Assembly (NCBI GenBank): GCA_965235115.1
Contig: OZ249440.1
Location: 35,714,001-35,778,000 of the forward strand
Direction of reading: 5' to 3'
DNA length: 64,000 nucleotides
Source: Laetmonice hystrix
Taxonomy: Eukaryota
The notes below the pieces were generated by a model. The model saw only the letters and a program-made list of their open reading frames with translations. It was not told the DNA's origin and did not search any database. The translations under genes were made by a program, and so were the position numbers. Of the stretch, positions 38,506 through 50,560 are shown piece by piece; positions within the stretch are counted from its first letter, which is position 1; every line of letters starts with the position of its first letter.

Positions 38506-38618
38506 AGTGAGTGAGTGAGTAGTGGTGGTTTTGCGCCGTGTCGGCATCTGGGGCCATCTTCACGGCGAAAACAGAGTTATAAGACCATGAAACCAAAGGA
38601 ACCTATTTTATCCTGGGT
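38506..38618 (-). mobile_element. 3' tail fragment of the I-group LINE
   Basis: (GAGT)n plus stem-loop plus 3'UTR. Confidence 0.85.
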
Positions 38619-38622
38619 CATC

Positions 38623-38839
38623 ATGGCCAAGGCACTGTGCACCAATAACGTCCAGCTTTGTGTATTTGAGGAATTCAAAGAACGTAGAACGAAGGACAGT
38701 TTGTTCTTTGTAGGAAAATGTATCATCAAAGATGGGACGACGATCTCAGCGGTAGTGGTGCCACACGGCATGAAGACAATGGCAGAGGCGATGAAGAAAG
38801 GCCAATTCGTCCTGGTCACACAAATAGATAGAGCGGCAA
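38623..38839 (+). pseudogene. Second, diverged copy of the unknown OB-fold-like exon
   Basis: MAKALCTNNVQLCVFEEFKERRTKDSLFFVGKCIIKDG...MAEAMKK aligns by eye with 1918-2181; GTGAGT donor at 38840. Confidence 0.35.
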
Positions 38840-40036
38840 GTGAGTGAGCTCTACATTTAGCATTCCCATTTCACCCAGGCATGTACAATGGTGGGCAACA
38901 AAATATTTTATACCCTTCTCCAGGTTTACCCTGCAGACTGTTCGCGTTACCCATTCGCCACATTCACAAATGCTATTCGCCACATTCACAAATGCTAAGA
39001 GAATTTCCATTTGGCGAAAATATTCTAGAACTCGTTCGCCACAATGGCGAATCAAAATTCGGATTCCTCTTGTTTTACATGCGTTCTATTTTCGGGTAGT
39101 ATAAAAAGGTGTGAAACATAAATACACCTAAAGACCAAGAAAACTAATGACCGGCTGAGTGTTGATTCTTAGGGTTCTCTTCAGTAAAACAACCACAAAA
39201 GCATCCTCTGATTGTAGGCCTGTCTATTAATTTAAAGCTGATGGGTACTTGATAAGTATCAAAGATCATTAAATCTATCCATAACCTTCAAGTTGGCAAT
39301 TACTAGGTCTCAACATAAAGGTTTTGTGGCTAAGAACCTTTTCTTGTGTCTAATAAAAATTTGACAGTATTAGCCACAGTGGCTAATGATTTTCACTGCT
39401 AACATAGCGGCTTACAATCCACCCATTGATGGCAAATTTTGACAGAACACAAATTTTAATCATATTTAATGTAAGAGTAAAAATACCTTTTCAAGTATAA
39501 CTAAATCTGAGTCAAATTGATTGCCTGAATGGCACTTAAATTTAAGCAGTTACATTTTTTAGTGGTTTGGGCAAACACAACACTTAATGTTGACCCTTTC
39601 TTCACTGGCTTAAATGGTGACCCCAAATTTTAGCCGCGCGTGTCACCTAAAATGCCCCGCGTCAAGTCTTTTTTTTCAAATACGACTGTTTCATATTTGT
39701 GGTGAGCAGTGTAGCGCTGTGACAGAACGTTGCAACAGTTCTTTGGCGTGTGGTGGAGTGTTTTGCTATTTACAATGGTCAATATCATTGCATTAGTTTT
39801 TTCTTCAAGATTTCTTTATGTACCCAACAGCAATTGCATTCGATGAATCGGCCATAATCTGGTTGGATCCAAAAAAAGAAAAAAAAAACGCGTCACTGCA
39901 CCATTTTTTTATATGAAAGGACAAGAAACAAACCTTTTTTTTGGCCTAACCAAGTAGTTAAATGGGCGACATTGTCGGGCCAGCCATTCCAAGAAAAATA
40001 GACATGACAAACAGTATAAAAAGAAACCTCAGTTAC

Positions 40037-40410
40037 CAGGGTTCGTAGCCTCTCATGACAATAAAATTCTATGACTTTTTCCAGGACCTGTCACCTTTTT
40101 CCATGACCGGCTGTGCTATACGTTTGGCTACTATGCAGTGCATAACCGCTAGAGGCGCTATGAGGATCTGATAGGGTAGAACTAGAAGTCAAAAGATGTT
40201 GAGATTCTCTACGATGTTATTAATTATTTATGAACAAATCTGTAACCAGAATTGGGGTCCCTATTTTCCATTTTCCTAAACAGGCAACAATTTTCCCCAA
40301 ATTTCAAATTCCATGACTTTCCATGACCTGATGCAAAATTTCATGACTTTCCAGGCCTGGAAAATGGATTATCAAATTCCATGACTTTCCAGGATTTCCA
40401 GGACAGCTAC
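40037..40410. mobile_element. Non-autonomous DNA element with TTCCATGACT/TTCCAGG subterminal repeats
   Basis: Starts CAGGGTTCGTA; clustered TTCCATGACT(TTCC) motifs at both ends. Confidence 0.45.
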
Positions 40411-40439
40411 ACAGATATGAAAGCTTCGCCACCGCATGC

Positions 40440-40777
40440 GGGAAATTGAAGGCAAACAGACTTCTCAGTCTGTGCCCGAGGAAGCACTCTACTCGGGCAA
40501 GACGAGGAGTCAGCTGTACGAGCTTATAAGGTATGAGTGCAACCTATTCAAAGCAGCCAGAAGGCTATTGACCTCACTTTTCAGTGAGGAGGAGCTTTGA
40601 CAATGCAGTGTGTCAGGGAAGGCGGCCAACAGGTCTACGCCTGCCAAACCTAAATTTCCTGAAACCCGCTTTTTAATATACAAAGACCTTCTCCGAGAAA
40701 GATTCCCAGGTACCTCGGACAAAGCTATGGTGGAAAAAGTCCACCACGTCCAAAAAGCTCTCAAGAGAGCAAAGTAA
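40440..40777 (+). pseudogene. BEN-domain remnant with one in-frame stop
   Basis: KAARRLLTSLFSEEEL*QCSVSG...KPKFPETR...RFPG...EKVHHVQK fits the BEN consensus L..LF..EEL..S..G. Confidence 0.65.
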
Positions 40778-40797
40778 AGACTTGGTCCATCACGTTG

Positions 40798-41672
40798 TGT
40801 GGGGGTTATTTGGGGTCTGTAGTTTAAATGGGTATTCGATGTTGGGGTAGAGCTTTGGCTATTGCGAGAGGGTTTTGCCCGACAATATCTTCTAAGCGTA
40901 GGGGTAAGCTAGGCTCTATCGTATGGCTTCATGAGATGGGGTCCAACTCAGACTGAGGGATGACTAATGGTCGAAGGTTCAAACATTTATTAAAACAATT
41001 CGGATGTAGAGTCCGTCCATGTGTAGAGTACAGATATCTCCCTCGTGGTAGATGTAAAGTACAAGTGTCTCCTCTAAAGTTAAAGTAAAGTACAAATGGA
41101 TATTCACACACACTACAAGTTTTGACTCTCACCTCCCTTTCTGAACTTCCCTAGTAGCTGTGATGTGTAATGCCCGAAAGTCTGAATCCGAAACGTTTCT
41201 CAGTAATTCCGAAGAATCTGCAAAGTCTTGTTCCCGTACTGATCTCCTATTGCAAAGGGTGAATGCTGAAAACCTCCCAAGTGCGGGATGATGGGAAAGC
41301 TAAGTGCTGAGCGAGAGAACTCCACGTCTGCTCGTCTCCAAGTTAAAACCACATACAACCACTGCAAGGTTGCGCGTCTATATATATCTACCAGCTTTTC
41401 GGGCGATTTTCTTGGTTCGTGACTAAACCTTCACTACCTGAACCTATGGAGGGGTTTGGGCTGGTAAGGTGGATGAGTTATTGCTTTTCTGCTGTACCTG
41501 CTGAACCTTCCTCCTGTAGGCGAATGATTTATGACTCGGTAGTTGTACCTGTTGCCCTTCTGGCTAAGGCTTGCTGTTGGTTTGGATACTCTAACATAGG
41601 AAAGTGTGTGACTAGCTAAAACTGATGTATAAAACCGTATTTGTTAAAAGTTACTAGTGGTGTACTCCAACA
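40798..41672 (-). mobile_element. 3' LTR (about 875 bp) of an env-bearing LTR element
   Basis: TGTTGGAG...CCCCACA on the - strand, preceded by a purine-rich tract (41673-41691) and a hairpin (41692-41718); TATA-like tract at about 41380 and AATAAA at about 40986-40991 on the - strand. Confidence 0.7.
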
Positions 41673-42085
41673 CACCCTCGCGGTCCCCCTTCAAATAATT
41701 TTCGAAGGAAATTATTTGTAATATTAAAGTTATGCCCGGGGGCAATTAAAAACTTACATATTTCTACCTCTCCGGATTGTGTAAAACCGTAAATACATGA
41801 CAAAATAGATTACATATGAAATATATGAGAACCTTCATCACTCATCAACAGAAATAAATATACTCGTAACTTCATGCCATAGTCTGAGTAAAATGTTCGT
41901 GTGTGGAGTAAAATCTCCCACGATGCGTTGCAAATGTTCATAAGAAGGCGTGTACAATTAATGTCCTTCTGCCTTCACCGAAACTTCGAAACAGTATGCG
42001 TATAAAGCTGAGACTGCCATCATAGCGAATGTCTCTATATAGCAAAGATTAAATGTTCATGAAGGAAAAAAAAAGGTGTATGTCA

Positions 42086-44759
42086 CTAAGCCTGGGCCGC
42101 TTGCGGTGCCGTGGCAGGGACATATGCTTCAGTGTCAAGCGGGTGGTAGCCGTCTTGGGCGGCCAGGCGGGGGTAGAGAGGGGTCGAGTGCTCCTGGCTT
42201 AACCCCACGGGAACGTGAGACCATGTCCCCACGTGCCCTAGTGTATCCGTGTTAATGATCGTGGCGAGGCCCTGATCGTAACGGAGAAGTCGAACGAGCA
42301 CCCTGGTAGGGTGGACTGAAGCCAGCGCCAGTGCATGGCGCCTTGGGAGTGAAACTGTCCGTGGTAACGAGAGAACGGTGCAGCCCTCCGTTTGAACATT
42401 TATGTGGTGTTGAACGATTAGTGCTGATGCCCACGTCAAGGTTATCGTAGCTGACAGGCGGTGTAGTTTAACAGCGTAATGAGTTAACAGAGGCAAACGA
42501 GATAACGTCAATGTCTCTGCAGCAAAGTTCATCATTCCCAATCGAATGGTTAAAAGTTCGGAGCCCGTGTAAACCTGCAGTGCTAGGCCTGCAGCGGGTT
42601 TGTCTCTGGATACATAATAGGCAAAGAGTCCCAGTGAAAACACACACAATACCGTCAGTAAGATGATCAAAGCAAGCGTAGCGTAGAGAGGTGCGTGTAG
42701 ATCAGTCATGATGGGCGGTCCCGCCTGTGGGTGGGTAGAGTGGCCCAGCACAACCTCGGCCACCGTGCGCTGCGGCGTTCCCAGAGCTGCCAAAGCGAGT
42801 AATGAAGCCTTGTGTCGTCGTAGCAGAATAATCACCACGATGACGGCGATGGCAATAGCTGGCATAATCCCGATCGGTATCCATGATCTGGTGGCGATGT
42901 TCGCTTGATTCGCCTCCATAACGCCTAGGTCATCATGAAACAGCGGAGTGTGCTGTTGGCGGGCCTCTTGAAGTTTTCGAAGAGAGACTTTAAGATTTGA
43001 CTGGTCACTTTTGAATTTTTCCGCATTAAATGAGTCGTCGGGGGGGATTGGGTCTGGTATCACCCACGGTTCAGGTAACATGTGATCGTCGCGATAACCA
43101 ACTAGCGGTATGCCGATAGCGTTCAAAAGGATAGAGTTAATAGGATATCGGATAGTGGTTTCGAACTGCTGCTTCGCGCAAGCGGTTAACTGGTACGGTA
43201 TCCAAGAGTCCGGAGTCCGTAACGCACAGTCGCAACCCAGTGTGATAAGGGCTAATTGCGAAATAGTCTTCGGTTCGACCGGCCTGTCCCTGCACATCAT
43301 ATCAGCTTTCGTCGAGAGAGAGCTGACGACGGCGCGTCCTTTACCGATATAGATAAACCGTTCCTTAAAGGAAGCGTTGACAATGTACGTTGTGCGGCAG
43401 ATTCGAGAAATGTCTTTAGCGTCGTTTCGATATAGTGCCGTTATGCAAGAGTCCGATGACATGTACTGCATATACCACATGTTAGGGCATGTTTGAATTT
43501 CGTCTCCAGTACAGTCTTGCCAATCGTGATCGGAAAGTGGTATGAGAAATTGTTTATCAATCGAAACCGCGACTTCGTTCGGTAACCCTGTAATGAGCGT
43601 AGTGTCGACTCGCGTCTTGTTAATGACGTGTATCGGAATAGGTAACGCGTGTACGTGATAGATTCGAAACAAATGCTGCTGAGCCGTGATGGGTATTCGT
43701 ATGAGAATGTCTAGTCTCCTGCCCTGTCTCGAAAACACGGGGTTCGCATTATCGTAGTAATAAGCTGTTGATGTGAACGCTAGATTATGGTGCGGGTAAT
43801 TCTCCTGAAGGAAAACTGAAATGTTAGTTAGTGCTTGTTCGAGCGCGTGGTGCGGTACCAAGTTTGATGAAAGTTCGCCCCTGGTTAGGTCTCGAATTCC
43901 ATCGAGGAATTTAACTGATTCTGTTAACATACAGACAGCAGACAGTGTCATAGCCTGAACTCTGCCTGATAATGTGTAGAATAACATCTGTAAATGGCGT
44001 GAAATCGTTTCATTGCGTTGCATGCCCCTCACAGCATGAGCCATTAGATTAACATAGCGCGTCACGTTACTGATACGATAGTGATTATTTAAAAGCGCTT
44101 CTACCACACGATCAATCCTATCGTTAGTGACGTTCACCATATGTACAGTATTTACATGTTTAGCATCTTGCTTCGCGCTGAAGCTGTGAAGTTGGCGCGA
44201 TAGGGTGGCCATCGCCCTCGCGTTCTTGAGGATATCCTTATTGCGGCCTGTGCCAAATAAATAGTAGCTGATTGTTGATACAATCTCGAACGGCGCTCGC
44301 GGGTGACGTCTGGCTGACCATTCGTCTTTTGGGAAGCAGGCTTAGGGCTGCTTCCAGATTACCGCGGACCTGGCGTAAGGTTTCGTTCAAACCCCGTCGA
44401 ACTGTGTTAATGTACATGATGAGCATGTCGTACTGCAGATGACGGTCATTAGTCGCCGGGTGTGAAGCTCGCATCGGAGCGCGTGCAGCTGTTGGATAAA
44501 CATCCAGCAGGCTGGTCAGAGGTGTTAAATGGACAGGGGGTATGTCGACATGAAAAACCTGGTATATCCAAGCATCTTTAGCAGTCGAGATCAACTTTGA
44601 AGGCTGGAGCACAACCCCATAATTGAGTCGTAACTCTGTCTCATCTAAGAAATTAAGTTGAATAGTGTTTTGGGGTGTTAGGACCAGTGTCCAAACAACG
44701 AGGGATATAATGTTAGAGATCCGCATCTTGACCCTCACTTCAGTACTGTCTTTGAGCAT
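42086..44759 (-). pseudogene. env: F-type class I envelope glycoprotein (errantivirus/baculovirus-F-like), one frameshift near 44310
   Basis: Signal-like N-terminus, RLNYGV motif, furin-like site RRHPR/APFEIVSTISYYLFGTG (in the frame of the 708-aa ORF), heptad region, C..C..CITALY..C cysteine pattern, TM WIPIGIMPAIAIAVIVVIILL and a long C-terminal extension with a second TM. Confidence 0.8.
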
Positions 44760-45199
44760 GGCCGGGCGTATACCGCAAATACACCACGACTCCGTGGCCC
44801 AGGAATTACGTATCAGCTATAGCGGGACAGAGCCCGGACGATGTATTCAACTTATGATGTGTGTTCCTTACCCCTGGGAGGGGGAGGTGGCCGCGGTGGC
44901 TATGCCCCTGGAGGCGGCGTCCCGGGGCCTAATCGTGGGCCTCCCGCGGCGGGCCTGGTGACTCTCCCCCGGTGGTGCGGCCCTGGGCGCCGCCGGCCCG
45001 GGCGGGACAGGACCCTCCCCTCTGGGCTACCAGGGTTTGTAGCTGTCCTGGAAATCCTGGAAGGCGAGTCCCAGGGCTGGTGTTTGATGTGGTATAGGAA
45101 CTGACAAGTCACACACCTGGCTGGTCACCAGGTAGCCGAGGAAGTGGATGCAGTGAGTGAGTGAGTAGTTGTGGTTTTGTGCCGTGTTGGCGCTCAGAA

Positions 45200-45450
45200 C
45201 GGTGCTGTTTGTTCTATTTATAAATGACATGGCAACAACGACTTCTAGGATCTGCAAACTTTTCACAGATGATGCGAAAACATACAGGGTGGGGAAGCTG
45301 AAATACTGCAGCAGGACTTGAACAAATTAGTCGCATGGTCCAAAACGTGGCAAAAAATGTGTCAGTTTGCATTTAGGATATGGAAATCCATGTTTATGTG
45401 ATGGAAGGCATAGAGCTCAAGAAGGTAATGGATGAGAAGGACCATGGACC
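45200..45450 (+). pseudogene. CR1/L2-type RT remnant (preceded by a short LINE tail at 45152-45192 on the - strand)
   Basis: VLFVLFINDM...CKLFTDDAKTYR...LQQDLNKLVAWSKTW. Confidence 0.75.
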
Positions 45451-46111
45451 ATGAGCTTACTCACGGGGAACCTCATTTTGTGTGAATGACGTCTTCCAAA
45501 GGGGTGATCCCAAAACAAAAGTAACCAGCTTTCCTATTGGCTGATATAATAAATTACCGAATGAGATCAACGAATCACATGGTTGCTATTATAAAATCTT
45601 TAGTTAGAACACGTTTTTGCTGACGTATTTGAAACTTCGAAGTCCGGCCAAAATGGCGACTGCTGCCATGAGCGATGCATCGAGCGATGATGGTTTATTC
45701 GATTGGGATTTGAGCGATTTCGAGGATATTATCCGCATGTTTGAAGATTCTGATAGTGAAAAAGAATTCTTAGGATTTGATGTGGTGGATGATCAAGCGG
45801 CATGATTGATTCAGCGTGTCATTTCCAATGTAATTTCGTGAAATGAAAACGGTTTTAGACACCTCAAAACTAGATATTTTTCATGAAATATATAAATTTA
45901 CTCCTTATGATGGGGGTCAGAAAACGTTTGGCAATGTTCTTAAGTGTTTTCTTGATGGCAAACCTGTCACTATGACATAGCGTAATCGGGCTGTCAACAA
46001 ACTTTTTCCTGTGGGTGCATGCAGTAAAGACTTTGAAAGTTTTATAATTAGAAAGGGGTAGAATGCACTTCAGGGGGCTACAAACCACCCTCTCGCTGGG
46101 GGGTTGGGGGG

Positions 46112-47539
46112 GAACCACCAAAACACATCTATAAAAGAGTCAGAAGTCCAGCCTCTGACAAGAACTCTAAAATCACTCCTGGTCTGACATTGCTAAAAAG
46201 ATCCTTAAGACTCGTCTCATTATAAAACCTTTGTCTGATAAGAGTAAAATCACCACATTCGAGTAAAAGATGCTTCAGTGTCAAAGGACATTGACAACCA
46301 TAACATTCAGGAGGCGGCTCCCCCCTTCAATAAAAACACATGAGTTAATCTAGAATGACCAACTCTGCATCGAGTAAAAACAATTTCATGCCTCCGTTGG
46401 GTTAGGCCATGATGATACCTTTGGTTTACGATGGGACTGATCTGATACAACTTATTGTTTGGTTGTTCATCCCATTTGGCCTGCCATTTGTTTTTAACAT
46501 AAGCCCAGATGGTAGATGGTCTGAGGTCAGAGGCTGGGATTGGACACAATTCGACGGCTGTTTCAAGCGCTCTCTTCGCAGTTCTGTCTTGAGCCAACTG
46601 AAGGATGACATCAGGCTTTTCTAGGGATATTGCAAAAGTGTGTCTGCCCCAGGACGTTCAGATCAACATCCAGTTCCTCTAGATGAGGTTTCACCCTCAG
46701 TCCAAAAGGACGTATGTACGTTTCCTTTCTTTCATATAAATGTTGGAACTGGGGGTGAAAAACGCAATTGTAAGCTGGATTTGAACCGTTTGTCCTGAGC
46801 TTGACTGCATACTGCAGAGCCAGCTTCAGATGCCTGTTGTAAAGCGAGGGCTCTCTGGCCTCCACATAGAGGCTCTGAACAGGAGACGTTCTAAAAGCCC
46901 CAAGTGAAAGCCGCAAACCCTGGTGGTGAACCATGTCCAAAAGCCGTATGTAAGACTTACAAGCAAAGCCGTAAACTATGCTGCCGTAATCGAGCTTCAA
47001 CCGGATTAAAGCTCTGTACAGTTGTAAAAGGACTGTACTGTCTGCCCCCCAGTTTGTGCCAGATAAAACCTTGACAACATCCAGAGCCTTAAGGCATCTG
47101 GATTTGAGCGATTTAATGTGAGGGATAAAAGACAGCTTGCTGTCAAAAGTGAGACCTAGAAACTTTGTCTCTTTAACAACTTTGACGGGATCTCCATCCA
47201 TTGTCAACTCAGGGTCAAGATGGAAAGCACGCAGCTTGCATGCAGACCGTTTTAGATTTGGAAAACTTAAAACCATTTTTTCCACCGACCAAGTATGGAT
47301 TCTATTAAGACAGAGTTGGAGTTGTCTTTCAATGGCATTCGTGTTTTTGCCTCTGCAGCAGACGTTAAAGTCATCAACGAACAGGCTGCAGGGCATGCCA
47401 GTTTTAACCGAGTTAACAATGCTGGTGCTAAAAAGGGTAACAGACAAAATGCTTCCCTGAGGCACACCTAATTCTTGGTCATGCAAGTCAGAGAGGGTAG
47501 TGCCTACTCTTACTTGAAAGTGTCTGTTCGATAAAAACC
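46112..47539 (-). mobile_element. Older I-group LINE copy with frameshifts and RNase H deleted
   Basis: Co-linear with about 20551-22400 but jumps at about 46588; several small indels. Confidence 0.92.
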
Positions 47540-47547
47540 TAAAAGAC

Positions 47548-48560
47548 GGAAAGAACCTAGGTTCTTTCTTGAAGTATGGGAGGAGTGTAACGAGGCTGAT
47601 ATATATGACATTATATAACTATAATATATAATCCGGTATAATCATATATAATCATATATAATCCGGTATAATCCTACAGTCCTACTCTAAAGCAGAAGGA
47701 GCAAGGATATGTAGCAGTAGGAGCAAGGATATGTAGCAGTAGAGATATATATATACACAGTAGTGGTAAAGGTCGGGTCTAGTAGTTAAGAGTATGTGCT
47801 GCACATAGCCGATATGCCGGTCGATCACTTGCGTGAGGTACTCAGAGAACCACAACACTTGTTTAATCCCCAAATGCCCCACGGGCAGATATCAATAGCT
47901 GCCACGGTCCTTGGTGCCATTGCCACAGTCATAGTCGTAATTGTCTTAATTTGGTGCATGAGGATAAGATTGATGATGGTTGGACGGTCGGTAAAGGGTC
48001 ACCTCACTCACAGGAGACGAGAAACCAGCAAGCCGGACGAGGACGACGCCGACAAGCCTGGGCCGAGGTTCAATGTGGCCCAACCTTACGCCAGTGCCAG
48101 AGGTCATCGACCATACACAAGATGACCTCCCTACCTACACCCATCCGGACGACATACCGGAGTTGTTCAATCTTTCTGAATTGGCGGACCCACCAAGTCC
48201 AATTCCGGATCTTGGCAGGGCGAGTGAAGAACAGTGAAGATTGAGAAAGACATGAACAATGAACAGCCCTCGTTCCTCCTGCCCTAAAGGAAGGAAAGAA
48301 CCGAGGTTCTTTCTTGAAGTATGGGAGGAGTGTAACGAGGCTGATACATACATATATATATATATATATATACCAATGTATCACACTGAACTATATAGAA
48401 GTAGTGGTACTTATATAACCAAACTATATAATCATGTGTAACCATATATAATCTAGTATAATCATATATAATCCGGTATAATCATGTATAATCCAGTATA
48501 CTCCTATAGTCCTACTCCAAAGTAGAAGGAGCAAGGATATGTAGCAGTAGAGATATATAC
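47548..48560 (+). mobile_element. Rearranged 3' end of a third env-bearing LTR element: env C-terminus (47796-48125), hairpin, PPT and LTR start (48331; duplicated at 47586)
   Basis: HIADMPVDHLREVL plus TM ISIAATVLGAIATVIVVIVLIW parallels DIGELPIHNIKEML plus TM of the 53019 env; GAAGTATGGGAGGAG|TGTAACGAGG occurs twice. Confidence 0.6.
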
Positions 48561-49249
48561 CGATTAGTTTGTGTACTCTGGGAGAGCCAATACAAAGTCC
48601 TCGGACATCCTCCCTTGAGGAGTTTGTGAAACACACCAACCCGAGTCAGATTATTATTTGTGACGACGGCAATTCCATACCATTAGGAAAAGCCGGCTCT
48701 GTTACATCTGCCTGAGGGTTCAGATTATGACTCTCTCAATGGTCTTGGTCATCGCACTGCAAAACGACCCGACCCCCCCAACCATACAAAATCGAGCATA
48801 CGATGCTACGGGTGTGGTCGCCTTGGCCACATTAGGCGCGACTGCCAGCCCAGGGAAACGGGCAGCAGCCGCCCAGGCGCCAGTAGACGGGCGGCTGGTT
48901 ATTGACATGTGGGCGGCTGGCTGCAAATTACGCATTCTGCACAGGCGCTGCCTGGACCCTGTTACGTAAGGATAAGTGGGCTATATACCGACGCGCTCGT
49001 GGTCTACCCACTTACCTTGGGCCTGCTAACCCAATATGATCGCTTAGTGGCGAATCGTTACCAGCGCTAGGCTCGACGGAAATCACGATCCATGGCCAAT
49101 CCACACCTGTCAGTGTAGTCCCAGATCTACAGCATGATCTATACTCGGTGACCATGCCTTGCGACTTTACAAGCTAAACCTGATTTACGAAACAACACAG
49201 TAATTTTTATGGGGCAGAGTGCAGCTGTACGTGTTAGGGACACAGCTCG

Positions 49250-49550
49250 AGAGGTTGCTGAAGCCTCTCTTGTCAGCCCTTGATTTTTGGAAGGCGGAAT
49301 TTCCCAACGTTTTTGGCCAACCAAGACCGCTAGGCTGTAAAGTGGATGTAGAATTCGAAATTGAAGTGACGAGGGTACTAGGCTGATCCGGCAGCACCCA
49401 TATAGGGTGCCGCTTACAAAAAGGGTGGTAATTGACGAGCAAGTTGCCGATATGCTTGAGCAGGGTATTATACGCCCTTCCTCATCAGCTTGGGCTAGTC
49501 CCGTTACCTTCCAGCCGAAGGATGGCTCAATGTGCTTTTGTGCCAATTAC
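49250..49550 (+). pseudogene. Gypsy pol (RT N-terminus) remnant
   Basis: IRQHPYRVPLTKRVVIDEQVADMLEQGIIRPSSSAWASPV...KDGSMCFCANY. Confidence 0.85.
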
Positions 49551-49740
49551 CATGCCACCTGTCTGTCCCTGCAGAGAAACAGGCCGGACATGCTGTTGCT
49601 ACAGAACCAAATGGATCAGCTGATCGGAACGTTGAGGGACGTGATGGGTGGGGTGAGGACATTGGCTGTCCCTGTCGACACATTGTACGTGGTCCTGGAC
49701 TTGGACCAATGGTTCAGACAGCTGGAAAGATAGCCCTGTG

Positions 49741-49853
49741 CCGGCCGCACAGAAGGTTGATAGTGCTATCAGCATCACTATCAATACTGATAGCCATTGA
49801 GTTTTAGTGGCCAGTATCAAAACCCACACTATCAGCACCTTCTGTGCGGCTGG
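49741..49853. mobile_element. MITE (related pieces at about 4993-5090 and 5994-6115)
   Basis: 17-bp TIR CCGGCCGCACAGAAGGT / ACCTTCTGTGCGGCTGG with internal GATAG/CTATC repeats. Confidence 0.7.
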
Positions 49854-50069
49854 ACCTGGGCTACACCCAGCAGCGGGATCAATCCCTGGAGATGTAGTGA
49901 GGGAGGCAAATAAGAATTTAGCAAGTGGGCTTTGTTTCATTACAAAGATTATGTGCTTCAGTTTTTTTATTGACACCTTTATCCCAGCAAATGATGTACA
50001 ACGTAGTGTATACAATGCCCTACAGTTGAATGATGTAGCACGGACCTTGGAATCGTTGTTCCATAATTG

Positions 50070-50560
50070 GAAAATCCAAATTATGCAGAAGCCGTAATAT
50101 TATGCAGAAGCTGTACAGAAGTTGTCAGCATGGTCCACAGATTCATCGTCGCTGGTGTCCTTGAACACCCCTTCCATCTTTGATGAAATTCCAGTGAAAA
50201 AGGACGAGGTGTTCACATCTTTGTTCTCACCAGCAGGATCTACAGAGATAAGTAAACTGCTCCAAAAACTATGTAAAGGCTGTAAAGAAATATTGGTAAG
50301 ACAGCTTTCGTCACAGCTCCCTGGTGGCATCTTCGCCAAGCCTTCTGCAGAAGGCCTTGTGTCACAGTCTCGATCTTGCAATAGCACAAACATCTCTGGA
50401 GAAAGCAATTATGGAATTCCGGATCAAGAAATATGCTGTGCCCATAATGCAAAAGCAGCCTATAATGCAAAAGCAGCCTATGTACAGTCAAAGCTGATGT
50501 GGAAATGCAACAAGACTCAGACCTGGTTAAGTGGTCAAGATGATAAAGAAAAGGAAGCTT
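50070..50560 (+). pseudogene. Remnant of a DNA transposase of uncertain superfamily
   Basis: RQLSSQLPGG...STNISGESNYG...NKTQTWL resembles C-terminal motifs of marine-invertebrate transposases. Confidence 0.4.
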
